Positions 1-12,523 of a DNA stretch of 64,000 nt are shown here, piece by piece. Made by a program: the position numbers and the translations under genes. The number at the start of each line of letters is the position of its first letter. Position 1 is the stretch's first letter. The stretch is from Elsinoe ampelina. Its lineage: Eukaryota. The notes beneath the pieces are model-generated. The model did not search any database. It was not told where the DNA came from and saw only the letters and a list, made by a program, of their open reading frames with translations. The DNA lies in the NCBI GenBank assembly GCA_010093995.1, contig ML992501.1, forward strand, positions 1,518,566 through 1,582,565. Direction: 5' to 3'.

Positions 1-3000
1 CGTCGTCGGCAAGATCGTGTTCTTGGGTAGTGTCTTGTCCTGGCGCGTCCACAGCATCCTGCACAGCATCCCCATCCGCGTCCGACACGACTGCTTCTTC
101 ATCGGCTGTGTGGTTGGCCAGGTGGTTTGCTTCGTCGTGCCAAATCGGATGTAGCATGTCCTCAGCGACGGTATCGTTGCCTCCACTTAGTTCGACAACC
201 TCAGATCCTTCCGCAATGCCTTCATCGTCACGGGGAAGTTCCAGGTTCCCAGACTCCTTCGTGTCGATAACCTCTTGCGACCATCGGTCAACGCGGTCAG
301 CAGCATATTTCTGCTGTGCCAAAGGATTCAATCGTCTTTCCCTCTCCTCATCCGTGCTCGCCAATTCGATGCCTTGCTCCCTCCTGATCCTCTTCCTCTC
401 CTCTCGTCTGACCTCATGTCGACGCTCGGCCTTAATCCTCGTCGTTTCCCGAGCGAGATCCCACAGTATGTCATCCGGCACCCTGATGGCTGGAGCTCGT
501 TTTTTGTTCCTCCATTTCAACAGATGGAATGCCAGCTCCTCCTCACCCATGCGAGCAAACTCTGTAGAAGGATCAGGATGCTCCACATCACCGCCATGCT
601 CCAACACCCTCTCGGTCCTCTTGCGCACAATGGCTTCGAGGTGCCATTGATGCCACTGCGAGTCTAGATTGTAGCGCCTTCGGATCTCGCTCGCATCGAC
701 CTCCGAAGCAGTCATCCTGGCTCGCCTTTCAGCATGGCGCGCCTCATGTGCTGCTCTCCTCGCCGCACGTCTCTGCGCCGACGCCGCTTGGATTGCGACT
801 TCGGCGTCTGTGGGCTGCCTGCTCCCTTTCTCGACTTCGCACTCCTGGTCAATGACCTGATCGCGATCGCTGAGCTCCTCATTAGGATCAACGCTGCTTC
901 CCAGTATTTGACCTCTCGCTTCGCGGATCTGTGCTGCTTGTCGCTGAACAACGTCCTCCTGATAACGCTCATCGGCAAGCAATTCCTGCGATCTAGAGCG
1001 CGGGGGCGTGGCTTGGTCGGGAACTCTTTCCAAAGATTGATCGTAAACCACGTTACCATGACTGGTGCGAGCAAGCACCCAAGTCTCGTACCGGTCGGAA
1101 AGCCAGTCAATGCTTGATATGATGTTGCGACGTAGTCCACCTCGAAATCCAGCCTCCTTGACGATGTTCCAGTACTGCGTGATGCGATCTTCAGCCGTGT
1201 AATGCTCCTCGCGGCATTCACGGCGTACAGTGACCAGAAAACTGTTCAAGTCGGTGAAATTGCCAGCATGATACGCCGCCATGAGATCGTGCAGCATGAG
1301 ATATTGATCACCGGGTAACCACACTTTCTCATCGGGAGGCGTCCGCGCCCGAAGTCGCGAAGGGCCGGAGGTGATGGGAGATGGAGGTCGTTCACTGCTA
1401 TCGTATACCCGTTGCGCAAACCGACGGACCGGTCGCGGCGAGTCTTCACTACTGGGATCATCTGGCTGAACAGCAGGTTGCGGGATCGGCGGCGATGATG
1501 CGAAAGATGGCGAGCTGGGCTCCGCGGCGACCTGTGCCGTAGCATCGTTCGGACGTGGTTCGTCCCCGATCCTCGACGTAGCAGATGGGGATCCCCCTGG
1601 CCGAGCTTCCTCCTCGTCTTCCTCACTGGAAGACTCCGCTTGCTGCACCTCGTTCCCGGCAGCTACTACTCGTTGAAGAGCAGGTGCTGTTCTTCTTGCA
1701 GAGCTGCCATGTGCTAGAGGAATTGCTTTGCGGATAGCCTTACGCGCTTGGGACCCTGTTGGCGGCGACTGAGGAATGTCGTAGATCTGCGATTCCTCAG
1801 CGATTGTTCTTTGAGGTGTGAAGATGTGTCCCGATGCTAGGAAGAGACCTTGCTTACCTCCATGTCATCGTTGCGCTGCGAGTATTGCGGCTGGGTGGAG
1901 TCTTCGATCTCGTCGTCCTCAGAAGTGACTTTTGCGGCGCTCAAGTATTTCTTGCTTGAATGTGGTGCCGAAGCACGTCTTGCCTTTTTGCTTTTTGCAG
2001 AGCTCGAAGGCTGGATTGACTTATCACCCGCTTCCTTTGTGGCTTTCGGCTTCTTGGCTGCTGAAGACTTGCTGGATTTGCTTTTGCTCCCCATTGCTGG
2101 TGTCGCATTAGTGTTTCCCGGAGTGGATGTGAGGCCTCCGCTCTTCCTGCGTCTAGGATGAGGCGTTCCGGTCTCTGCTATTCTGAACTTGCGATCGTGC
2201 AGCTTCGCCCATTTATACCTGCACTGAAGCCTACTTCGTGTCTTGCCCAGCATACCGCTCACGACGCTCCAATTGACGTTGGCCTCATGGACGGCATCAT
2301 CCAAGTCATCAAGTTTCTGGTCCAAGCGCTCTTTTCGCATCCGGGAGATGCACTCTGCAACGGCTTTCTCCAGTTCGGCTTCCTCGTGGTCAGTCCACAC
2401 GCCTTCTTGCTTGTCAGGATTGCCGACATAATCTCGCCAGCGATCTCGACAGTCTTCGGCAAGTCGTCCAAGGAGGGCAGCGATGTATACCCAGTTGCCA
2501 GGCTTCTCCTCGTACGCTTCCTTCAGATCCTTGTCTTCATCTGGAGTCCAGGGTCCTCGATGTGCTGCACTGTATCGTCGTTGGACGAATTGGCGAATCG
2601 ATTTGCGAGACCGGTCCGGCAGAGCATCCTGGACCCAATTGACCGCATCCGTGACCAACGTCTTGGACGAATTCTTCGGCTGTAACATCTCTTTGAAGGC
2701 ATTCTCGGACAGATTGTTCTGCTCACAATACTGACCTATCGCGATCTGCACCTTGTTGATCTCTTCCTTTTTGAAAGGTCCACTCATAGTGGCCTTGTTA
2801 GGCGTGGCATCCGACTCATTCCTGATCTTCTGCGCATCGCTCTTCCGAACACGCCTTTTCTGTGGCTTTGTTGATCCTTTGGCTCCATGCGGAGGATCTG
2901 TGGACAACGTGAGGATTGGCTTCGAGGAGGCGGGAACCTGGGAGGGGCTCGATTCGGGCGAGCGAGCTACATCGACCGCCATGTCATCCTCGCCAGGTTG

Positions 3001-4131
3001 TGTCTTCTGAACTTCCGCAGGCTGTGTCGTCTGTCGTTTTGCCTTCTTACTCGTAGATTTGGCTGGCGTGTTCTTCGCTTGTTGGACATTCGTCCTTTCC
3101 GAGCTGCCCGCTGCTTTGCTTGCGATAGCCTGCTTCTTGGAAAGTCGCTGCTGACTTGGCGAATTGGCCGCTTCTTCCTCAAATTCTACAGAGGCTGCTT
3201 TCCGCTTCTTTGAGTTGTGCTTCTGCGGCTTGGGTTCCTGCTCTTTCCGCTTGAGAGGACTCGAGAGCTCTTGTGTGGTGCTTGTTCGAGCTCGCTGTGC
3301 TCTCTCCGCTTCCATGCGAAGTTGTGTCCCGGGATCGTCGAAATCGTAGGACATGTCGACGTCCTGTGCCGATAGTGCGGCCTCGTTTTTCAGCTCTGCC
3401 GCCCTGGGTGTGGTCTCTTCGTGGCGCACCTCTGCGTGGGCTTCTTGAACGTCCGCAGGTAGCGATCCTGGGTGCCGCGTGATAGCGTCCGGCTGCGTCT
3501 CCGGTACCAGAGTCTCATCTTCTACAAATGGCGCACCAAGACCAGTCTCGATTGTAGGATGTGCCTGCGGCGTACTGCCCATAGCGCGCTGCAGCTGCCG
3601 TGATATCTTCCTCGCTCTTTTCTCAGCGCGCACACGCTTGCGCTCTGCCTTCGCTCGTCTGGCCTCTTCGGCTGGTGAGAATTGAACATCTCCCAGACTT
3701 TCACCGGGCATGGTCGCCCCATTGGCCATTACGCTCGGTGGAGAATCCATGGTGCCGTTGAATTGCGGAATTTCGCGTGAGTCAACGACCAGGTGGTGGT
3801 GAATTGTCACAAAGCTAAAGTCGCCTAGCTCTGGAGATCCAGCACCATGTAGAGTACTCTGCTCGACAGCTTCGTCAGAGCCGGGGTCTTCGATCTCTCC
3901 AAGCTCCGCTTCGTCGCGATCGACGCTGGGGTGCGATTGTCCAGAGTCCGAGTCGGTCTCCTTGAGTACGCCGGTCGGGGGAGGCGTGAATGTGGTCATT
4001 TCCACTCTCGCGCTTTTGTCGAGTCTCTCCGCAGGAATTTCCAGAGCTTGAGGGGCCGTGGGAACTTCGGCACTGGAAGATTGCGGTTGTGATTGTTCAG
4101 GTCCGACAATCTGCGACGAAGTATTGCCCAT
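1..4131 (-). CDS. Myb/SANT-repeat DNA-binding protein (Reb1/DMTF1-like repeats); two exons 4131-1858 and 1786-<1, runs off the left edge
   Basis: Myb repeats GPFKKEE, GPWTPDEDKDLKEAYEEKPGNWVYIAALLGRLAEDCRDRWRDY and GVWTDHEEAEL...NWSVVSGMLGKTRSRLQCRYKW. Likely start MGNTSSQ at 4131 (the longer ORF-track start overlaps the RAD54 stop). Phase-0 intron 1857-1787 (GTAAGC...GCTGAG...CGCAG) joins a frame that stays open to base 1. Confidence 0.8.
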
Positions 4132-4441
4132 CGGGCGCCAGGAGTTGGTCACAAGCAGTGCAAAGCGAAAGCATGTGGGCGTGTCGTGGAAGCGGATGTG
4201 GAAAGTGCTTGACACGAGGATTATCGCGAAATAAAGTGCCAAGGCCGGCGTTCCTGCCACGCCAAGAGAAAGGTTCGCAGGCTCATTCTCTACATGCTCA
4301 CTGTCAACATTTCGTGGAGATAAGAGTTCCTCTCGTGACATTTTCATTATTGTTTTTCCATGGTCTAGGGAGATGCAAATGTAGTATGTACAGGGTGATC
4401 CCATGAGTAAGCAACAAGCCCGCCCCCACCTGACTCCTTCG

Positions 4442-6931
4442 CTAATGACTGATGTATTGAAAGACTGCACTGACGGCCTGATCAGAGCATTCCTGCCGCA
4501 GCAGGAGATCTTGGATCTTGCTCATTGCACCCTTTTCTCCATCGTTGGTAAAGTGGTTCCATGTGCTCGTATCGCCGTACAGCATAGCTGGCGCTTTGAT
4601 GAACTGCTTTCCTTCTTTACATCTCTTGCACTTGAACGAATTGTGTGTGTCGCTGGTCGTGTCTGGATTGTACTGGAACAGCTCTCGAAGACTGTCCAGA
4701 GAGAAATGGCGCTCCACGTCCTCCGCTGAGTCGACGACGCAAGATGACAGTGACTGCTTGTGGGACTGTCGTTGAAAGATCTTCTCCTCGATGGTGCCAG
4801 TTGCGATGAAACGGTAGACGAAGCAGTCCTTCTTCTGGCCATCACGCCAGACACGTGCAAGGGCTTGCTGATCGGCAGCAGGATTCCAGTCAGGGTCGAA
4901 GAGGACTAGACGATTGGCACCGATGAGGTTGAGACCACATCCACCTGCCTTGGAGGACAGCAAGAAAACGAACTCGTTCCCATCCGGATCGTTGAATTTG
5001 TCAACCAGCTTCTGGCGCTTATTGACAGTCATGGTACCGTCAAGTCGTAGTGAGCCGTACTGGCGGGACCGACATAGCTTTTCGAAGATGTCCAGTGTCT
5101 GCGTGTAATTGGAAATGAGTACGATCTTGTCATTCGTCTCTGCACGGATACGGGCAAGCATTCTAGGTTCTGTCAGCGAGGGAACGTTACGGAAGCCACG
5201 AAACACTGACCTGTCAAGCACCATCATCTTGCCAGAGTACCATGACTTGACATCCCTGTCTCGGCCCCTAGCATCTTTGGGCACATAATCGGCCGGATAG
5301 AGCTGCTCGCACCCTGGTAAGTCATCTGGCAAGGCAAGGAGATCCGGATGATTGCACAATTTCTTGAGCATGCCGATTGCCTTGAGTGGCTGACTTCCCT
5401 TTCCCTTGAGCAGGGCTTTGATGTCCGGAGATTGAAGGAACCAGTTGTACAAATCCTTCTGGAAAGGCGCCATGTTACAGAACACTACATGCTCATACTT
5501 GACTGGAAGATACTTCGAGAGGATGTCGTTAGTCCGTCGGATGATGAATTTGTTGACGAGCCCAAGAAGCTCAGTGATAGCCTCATCACCCTTCTTCTTG
5601 TCCACATCTGTGCCGTCTGCATCTCGACCTCGTAAGATTGGTAGCTCGAACTTCTTGCGGAACTCTGCGCGTGTACCGAGGTAGTTGGGATTGGCGAAAT
5701 TGAGAAGAGCAAAGTACTCGGACAAGTCGTTCTGGATGGGTGTGCCAGATAGAATGACCCGCTTCTGGACGTTCAAGCTGTTGAGTGCAGTGAATGTCTG
5801 CGATTCGCCGTTCTTCAGTCTGTGACCCTCGTCGCACAGAAGGAGTCCGATAGGGGTACCCTTGAGCTCGTCCACGTACATTCGAAGGGTTTCATAGGAT
5901 ACGATGATGACAGGTCTTGAGACGGACCGTCCAGTCGCGATCGACCATTGATGCAGCTGCTGGATGAGTTCCTCCTTTGTGGCTTTTCCATCGATTGCGA
6001 ATGGGCTGACGGCATCTTTGCCCAACCACTTCACAAGCTCGTTGGCCCAGTTGCGAACCAGACTGCTGGGACATGCAATGACAGCCTTTTGTATCGTGCT
6101 CTTACCGGCGTCTGGGCTCTGTTTCAGCAACGTCCACATCAACGTGATGCATTGCAGCGTCTTTCCCAGACCCATCTCATCGGCCATGATGCAGCCATGT
6201 GCGTTCTCGTCGATCAAACCGGTCGTACATCGGTACAAGAACTTGACACCCTCGACCTGATGCGGACGTAAGACCTTCGCGAGTCGAGGATCGATTACGA
6301 CAGGCACCTTTGGCCTCTCCTGTACAGTGTTCTTCTTCAACCCCAGTATCTCAGCCAAGCTCTTATGCACAAGTGGTCTGTCAAGCTTCTCCTTCTCTGC
6401 CTTGGCCTCGTCCTCTTTCTTCTGCTTTTCCGCGGCGATCTCTTCTGGAGTCTTGTCGGGCTTCGCATCAATAGTTGGGTCGTACAGAACGATAGCAAAT
6501 TCGCCAGAAGGATCGTGAAGTGGTTTGGCCACGAAGGCAGCGCCCTGTCGCAAGCCCAACAATGGTGGCGGTCGTCCTTGGCTGTATCCTCCAGCATCTT
6601 TATTGATCAGCGGCACATTGAAGCGTTGCCGAAATGTGGAGTCCTTGTCCTTCACCTTGAAGACTGGAAACTGTTGTGACAGTGGTGGGCGTTCGATAAT
6701 GCTGAACTGTGAATCGTCCTTCCCATCCTCGCTGTTGTCTGCTCCTCCATAGTTGACCTTGCGTCGCTTGCGTGCTGGCTTTTCTGATATCCGGGCGGTG
6801 GCGGAACCGGGGCATTTGAATGGCTTGACAAGCCGGTCTACTGATTGTGAGAGTCCGCCGTAGAGTCGTCCTCGTTTGATGCCGGTAACGGGTGTGGATG
6901 GTACGTTCTCCTTGCCCAAAGCCACAGTCAT
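4442..6931 (-). CDS. RAD54: DNA repair and recombination protein Rad54 (SNF2 family ATPase)
   Basis: LRPHQVEGV, GCIMADEMGLGKT, CDEGH, LSGTPIQNDL, LSSKAGGCGLNLIGANRL and QALARVWRDGQKK motifs plus the Rad54 N-terminal LHDPSGEFAIVLYDP. In-frame 48-nt intron 5210-5163 (GTCAGT...CTGAC...CTAG). Confidence 0.96.
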   Translation of the reverse strand: MTVALGKENVPSTPVTGIKRGRLYGGLSQSVDRLVKPFKCPGSATARISEKPARKRRKVNYGGADNSEDGKDDSQFSIIERPPLSQQFPVFKVKDKDSTFRQRFNVPLINKDAGGYSQGRPPPLLGLRQGAAFVAKPLHDPSGEFAIVLYDPTIDAKPDKTPEEIAAEKQKKEDEAKAEKEKLDRPLVHKSLAEILGLKKNTVQERPKVPVVIDPRLAKVLRPHQVEGVKFLYRCTTGLIDENAHGCIMADEMGLGKTLQCITLMWTLLKQSPDAGKSTIQKAVIACPSSLVRNWANELVKWLGKDAVSPFAIDGKATKEELIQQLHQWSIATGRSVSRPVIIVSYETLRMYVDELKGTPIGLLLCDEGHRLKNGESQTFTALNSLNVQKRVILSGTPIQNDLSEYFALLNFANPNYLGTRAEFRKKFELPILRGRDADGTDVDKKKGDEAITELLGLVNKFIIRRTNDILSKYLPVKYEHVVFCNMAPFQKDLYNWFLQSPDIKALLKGKGSQPLKAIGMLKKLCNHPDLLALPDDLPGCEQLYPADYVPKDARGRDRDVKSWYSGKMMVLDRSVFRGFRNVPSLTEPRMLARIRAETNDKIVLISNYTQTLDIFEKLCRSRQYGSLRLDGTMTVNKRQKLVDKFNDPDGNEFVFLLSSKAGGCGLNLIGANRLVLFDPDWNPAADQQALARVWRDGQKKDCFVYRFIATGTIEEKIFQRQSHKQSLSSCVVDSAEDVERHFSLDSLRELFQYNPDTTSDTHNSFKCKRCKEGKQFIKAPAMLYGDTSTWNHFTNDGEKGAMSKIQDLLLRQECSDQAVSAVFQYISH

Positions 6932-7021
6932 GTTTATTTGGTGCGATGACCGGTGGACGATGAAAGGAAGAGTTGTTTGGTGGGAGGAATAAATTCAAGA
7001 CGCCTGCAGGCACTCATGCGG

Positions 7022-7075
7022 GGAGACGCGCCCAAGTCGCCACCCGAGAAACACGCAAACGCGACCCCACGTGAC
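7022..7075. promoter_or_regulatory. Possible MCB-like (ACGCG core) elements upstream of RAD54
   Basis: Two ACGCG cores (~7026 and ~7059) 95-130 nt upstream of the RAD54 ATG. MBF control of repair genes is established in fungi; function of these sites is inference. Confidence 0.3.
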
Positions 7076-7267
7076 CAATTCCGTTTCCAATTGCCTGTCA
7101 ATTTTTGCGCATGCATACTTGCGTATTTCACGACTTGCATCGCGGTCCTGTCCATAGAAATCATTTGTTCTTTGTGGAGAAATTGAGATGTCTCACGCTG
7201 GCGTAACTTAAGAAAGGCCACGTGCTGATAGTCCGGGTACAAGCAAGTCTACATGTGGTCGTCTATC

Positions 7268-10200
7268 TTACAACTCATCTTTGGCTACATTCCCCTTGTC
7301 CTGCTCTGCTTTCGTCTTCGCCTTTTCCTCTTCAAGCTTCCGTTGGTACTCCTCTGCTTGTAGTCTTTCCTGCTCACCCTTCCCGTCGCCCCGTCCCGGA
7401 ATGGTTGCCGCATCACCTTGCTTTCTTTTCGCGAGCGCGGCAATCTCCTCGTCGTAGATCGTCCACTCAGGTATGAGCCGCCTCGCTCTTTCCAGCTTGG
7501 GCTCCTTGGTTGCCGGGTTATTGCAGAGATCGATGGTCTTTGCGACTCTCAAGGTGTCATCGCTGCACCAAGTCTCACACCACAGCCATTCCTGGGGCAA
7601 ACTGTGGACCGGAAGGACATGGCTCATTTGATTGATGATATCCTGGTCAAGATTGGACAATGATTCGGGATCTGCAGTCAACTGATGATACTGCTGCCGG
7701 ATACGATCGCCAGCGGCCATTTGGCGGAACTTGACAAGGTCGATCACGTACAGAGCTGAGATGTGGTAGGGCAAGCCTCGCAGAAAGTTCTTCCAGTAGC
7801 CTTGCTTCCAGAACCTGTAGCCTTCCATTTCCGTGCGGGAGTCGCACATTGGCGTGAACCCGTACGGTGCACCCTTGAGGTCGAACTGCACCAATTCGTA
7901 CATGTCTGTGCGGACAATCTGGTCGGCGTCGACAAATATGACCTTGTCCAAGTCTAGCGGGAACAGCACGTCTAAGAAGAGAACCTTGTATCCCCAGATC
8001 TCACGCTGCTTCTCCTTTTGCGCCCGAAGCCAATGTGGCCACTTGTATGTGACCATCTCGTACCTGAAGCCGTATTCTTCTGCCAGAATCGGGAGGAACG
8101 CTTTGAATGAAGGAGATAAGAATTGCTCGATGAACCAGAATTTGACTGTGTGCGAGGTATGCTTCGTGACTGAGACCATCATGAGATTAAGCATGCGCTC
8201 GTAAAGGTGGCCAGAGGCGACCGAGAAGATGTTGATGTCGGCGTGAGGAAGAGTAGAAACAGCCTTACCAGTGCCGCTGTTCGACAGAGATGCAACTTTT
8301 TGCGTGGCTTTTGAGAGCCAGTCGCCAGCACCTTTGCCGTCAACACCGAAGGCATTTAGCACATTACCAGCGGCGTCAGCCAAAGCGTCTGCGGTCTTCT
8401 CGAAGGTGGATTTGCTTGCCTCCAGCACGTCCTCTTCCTCCATACCAGCCTTCCTCGAAAGACGAGGGAAGAGTGTAGTACCACGGAAGCTTGACAGAGC
8501 GATCTCGGTAGTACCATCGCTTGATTGTGCGGAGTAGCCCGACAAACCAGCACTGTCAATGTGGAAGATTTCTTGACTTCGGCCTTGCTGGAGTGACAGG
8601 TTGTAGAAACCCGGGTTCGCCTTGAACTGGAAGTAGCCAAGGTTGGCCATGATGATAGTGTCAGCGATCTTCTCATTCCGCCCGCTCCCTAGAATAAGCT
8701 GTGCACCACGAGGGGCTGAGCCGGCTGTCACATCTCTCGAGTGGCCCTCGATTAGAATGTGGTCAAGTTGGTATACCGCTTCGACTTGATCAGACTTGAG
8801 GGAGCTAATCCGCAGATTGTCGAGATCGTGTACACTATCCTTTGGCGAGACGAGCCAGGCCGGGGGCAGGTCCATGCCAATTGTAAGAAGAGCATCGGCG
8901 GGTAATCCTGTGAAATGCGCGCTTTGATCCTCGAGCGCCCCTGCTGCGTCGAATGTTGGTGAGGACTTCAATACATGCCTGTAGAAGCGCTTGACTGGCA
9001 ATTCTTCAATCCGTTCTTTCGGGTTGAGGAAGATCTTGACGTGCACACCTGCCATCTCCGATAGTACCTTCACTACTGGAAGCCAGGTCTGCGCGGACTC
9101 AGATGCAGGATCGATAGCGACGACGACTTGTACACTTGCAGTGGAGGCATCCCCGAGTGTAATACCGGTGAAGTCTCCCTTCAACTGATCGTAGATGGAC
9201 ATCCTTGCGGCAGGCGGGCCTTCAAAAATACCTTCTGGTACATCCGAGATCTGCGATAGAGCAACAAGGTTGGCTAGCCTCGAAAAGGCGTACGGGGTTG
9301 ATGCTTTCTGCAGTAGGTCAAGCGCCTTGAGTGCCTTGCTTACTGGTAGCAATCGTTTCTTTCTTTCATAGGACAAAAGCATCTCCAGGTCGTCAACATC
9401 TATGGTCGCCTCTGCTGGAATAGAGATTACTCTGCCATTGAATAGCAAGGCTGAATTTCCTTGCGGAAGACCGAGCTCCTTCACCACCGAATCCGCAGAT
9501 CGCCAGAACTCTTGCACAGTGATGCTTGCGTCGTCTGAGTTTTGACTGACAGGAGCACTCCACTCAAGACCTTTGAGCACATCGAGTGACAGTGTCGTGC
9601 TGGAGAGTGCTCCCTGCAATCTTTCAGAGAAACCGCCCTTCTTCGCGGATCCTGTCTGGGCAAAGAGAAGCTCGACATTGTCGTGCTCGGAGCGGAACTT
9701 GACGGCTTCGGCAAAGAGTCGCCCACCGATGTCCGAGTCGAAATCCGCGAAGAGCACCAGCTGAATGAGTACCGCTTCCACAGTCTCCTCACTTGCTGGA
9801 AGACTGGGTATACTGCCAATCCGACCATGTTTCAGATCAGGAATGTTCGAAAGCGTAAGTACTCGAACGTCTTTCTCGTCCTCCGGTATGATCAGAGGGT
9901 TTCGCCTCGATACTGCATTGTTCAGGAACATGCTAGGCAAGTAGCTGTCATCGTCAAGCTTTCCCATGTAGATGGCCTGCTGGACAACGCGAGTGTCCAT
10001 ACCTACACGGTTGCTCATGACAGCCATCCACTCTTCGTTTCGGGGGATGGGAACACCATTTGCTAGATATGGGGGCGACGATCCAGTGGCTCCAAGCCTG
10101 CGAAGATAGCTTCTTGCAAGTTCAATCTCGATGATCTTGTTCGTGTCTTCGATGACCTCCTGGAACGAGAGCGCGATCTTCTCTTTCCGAAGCGTCTTCT

Positions 10201-12008
10201 CTTTGATCGCAGCCTCATAGTGGGATTGAGCCGGTGCCTTTAGCTTCTTGCCCATGTCCGGAAAGCTCCGTTCCAGAAAATGAAGAGCCGCAGCCAGTCC
10301 ATATGAGTCGACCAGTGTGAGAACCACTTTTGCATATTGATCGGCTTCAGTAGTCTCTGTGAGAGGCACTAGACCGAACCGGATTGGGACCTTTCTCTTC
10401 ACATAATTCTGCAGGTTCTCGAGTATCACCTCGACATCTGTTTTGTTGGAGAAGTCCACCGGCATGACAACATTATGGAGATCTTTCCTGACAGCAGGAA
10501 GCTGGCCGGGGAACATGCGCTGAAGGAACTAGGATTTGTTAGTAGCAACATTCGCTTAGATTCAATGGACTTACTGCTTGAGCGTTGTCGGGCCATTCGA
10601 GATACCTCTTATCTTTCTCGATGTTGTTCATCCAGATAATGACATGGTTGTCTTCTATGTCATCTCGCCAATCATAACGCTGCACCTCTGGCATACCATC
10701 CGCAGATGGACCGCCTTCATTCATCGAGGAGTGGCTGATCAGCTTGATCGCCTCTTCTCCACCGAGACCGATGTCCTTTGCAGAGTTGATGAGCTTGCGC
10801 TCGGATCGGAGTTGCTCCAGTAGTGAGAAGGCATCCAGATCACGGCTGAGCATCTGCCTACCGTTGATCCACATGGCGCTGTATCCAGGCGGTAGGAAAG
10901 ACACAGCGTTCTGGCCCAGCTCATGCTTCAGCTGCTCCGAAACCTCCGCAGTCGACAGCGCACTAGAGTGTTTGGGGAAGTCTTGCGCCAGCTTGAGCAG
11001 GGTTCCAAATTTGTCTTCGTTGGACATGATGAAGCCTGTGGCCTTCATTCCCAAATCCGCTAGCTCTGACGATGATAGTGGCTTCAGGTCTGCCACATCA
11101 TCGTCGGCCAGAACGGACTGCGTCCGCTCCGGAGAGTCCTTCTTCGCGTCTCCTCCCGAGGCTTGTCTGTCATCAATGACAATGTAATCTGTCCTCTTCA
11201 GGGCCAGCTCCACACCATACCCGCTGACAGACAATGGTCTTCGGGTTCCTGTCGTTGGCGGCTTGTGTCTGACCCGGTAGGATGTCTTCCCACTCTTAGC
11301 TGTGATGCTTATGGTTCTATGGAACTTGCGAAAAGCAGGCGACGTGATGTCCGCATAGAGGATAGAGGCGATGGATTTTGCGTCCCCCAGGACACGATCA
11401 AAGGGTAATGTTGATAGCGCAGATCTGTAGGGTGTAAGCCGACGTCTATACCTTGCTTGGGTCTTATTCACCTGTCCGATATCGTTTCAGTCGCCTCATT
11501 CGCCAGATCCGGTGTGCAGTACTTCTTGCCGTCGAATATCACCCATGTATCGCATTCCTGATTTCCAAGATATCTCGCTGTGGTGTTGTAGTACTGGTAG
11601 TGAGCTTCGATCCGAGGTGCAGTGGAATGCACAGATAGCGCCAGCCTCAAGGACGACAGAGTCTCTTGATCAATGATATGTCCATCATCTTGCACGGTCT
11701 TAAAGAAAAGCTCATACAGCTCCCTGTCCGTCTTTGCACTATCAAAGTGGCCATCCGCGACTCGGTCCAGTAATGGGAAGTATGAAGTCGCATTCTCTTC
11801 TGCCGCGGTCTCGCTGGAGCTATATTAGCAGCCATATATGATTTTGTACCTGTATGAGTACCAACATTAGCTCCACCAGGAATGGCGGTGCTTCGAAAGC
11901 GGCTTGCAAGGACACATCGACAGTAGGAGCTCCCTGAACGGCCAGTCCCAGCAGTGCTGCAACGCAGAGACTCAATCGGCCGACACGGCCCATATGTATT
12001 CTCCTCAT
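7268..12008 (-). CDS. UDP-glucose:glycoprotein glucosyltransferase (UGGT/Kre5-like, GT24); 4 exons
   Basis: Signal peptide, INIFSVASGHLYER, LFLDVLFPL, FVDADQ, NLDQD, WLWCETWC and C-terminal KDEL. Introns 11865-11814, 11471-11425 and 10574-10529 restore one frame. Start at 12008 or 11993. Confidence 0.95.
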
Positions 12009-12523
12009 TGGAATAGCATTGAACAATCGCTCCACAGCTTCACAAGAATGCCGAAGTCGACCCTCAAGCTTTCCGTCTTTGCGAGCTGCTGGTTCACAAG
12101 AAACGTGTCCCCAGCTGAGGTCCAAAGCTCCGAAATTTTAAATGCTCCGAAGGGTTGTAACAACTGTGGTAGTTTCGAACTAGGATAAAACTACCAGTGA
12201 GTGTACAGTGTATCTGAAGTTCCGAAGACGCGTAGAACAATATCTTAAGGATACAGAAATTATTCAAAATGACATCTACGATGTCTGTGCGATACCTTAT
12301 AAGTGTTGAGAATTCGTGTTGTCCATAATCCACTTCCTCTTCTACGGATCTCCGCCTTTCTTAAGGATAGGATGAATCGGATATAGATCAAAAATCTCAA
12401 GTTACGTCCAGAAGTTGATCCATTCACATCCTACAGAATTATGAGTGGAACAAGACCCCTGCGAATTACTCAGGAGGGTATAATACATGATTGGACTTAA
12501 AGTTTATCAAAACCAAACACCTT

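Noticed and set aside
30..1626. Short ORFs on both strands at the left edge
   Set aside because: Shadows of the long open minus-strand exon of the Myb gene.
4132..4470. N-terminal 113 aa of the 877-aa ORF call
   Set aside because: Non-ATG start overlapping the RAD54 stop; MGNTSSQ at 4131 is the more plausible start.
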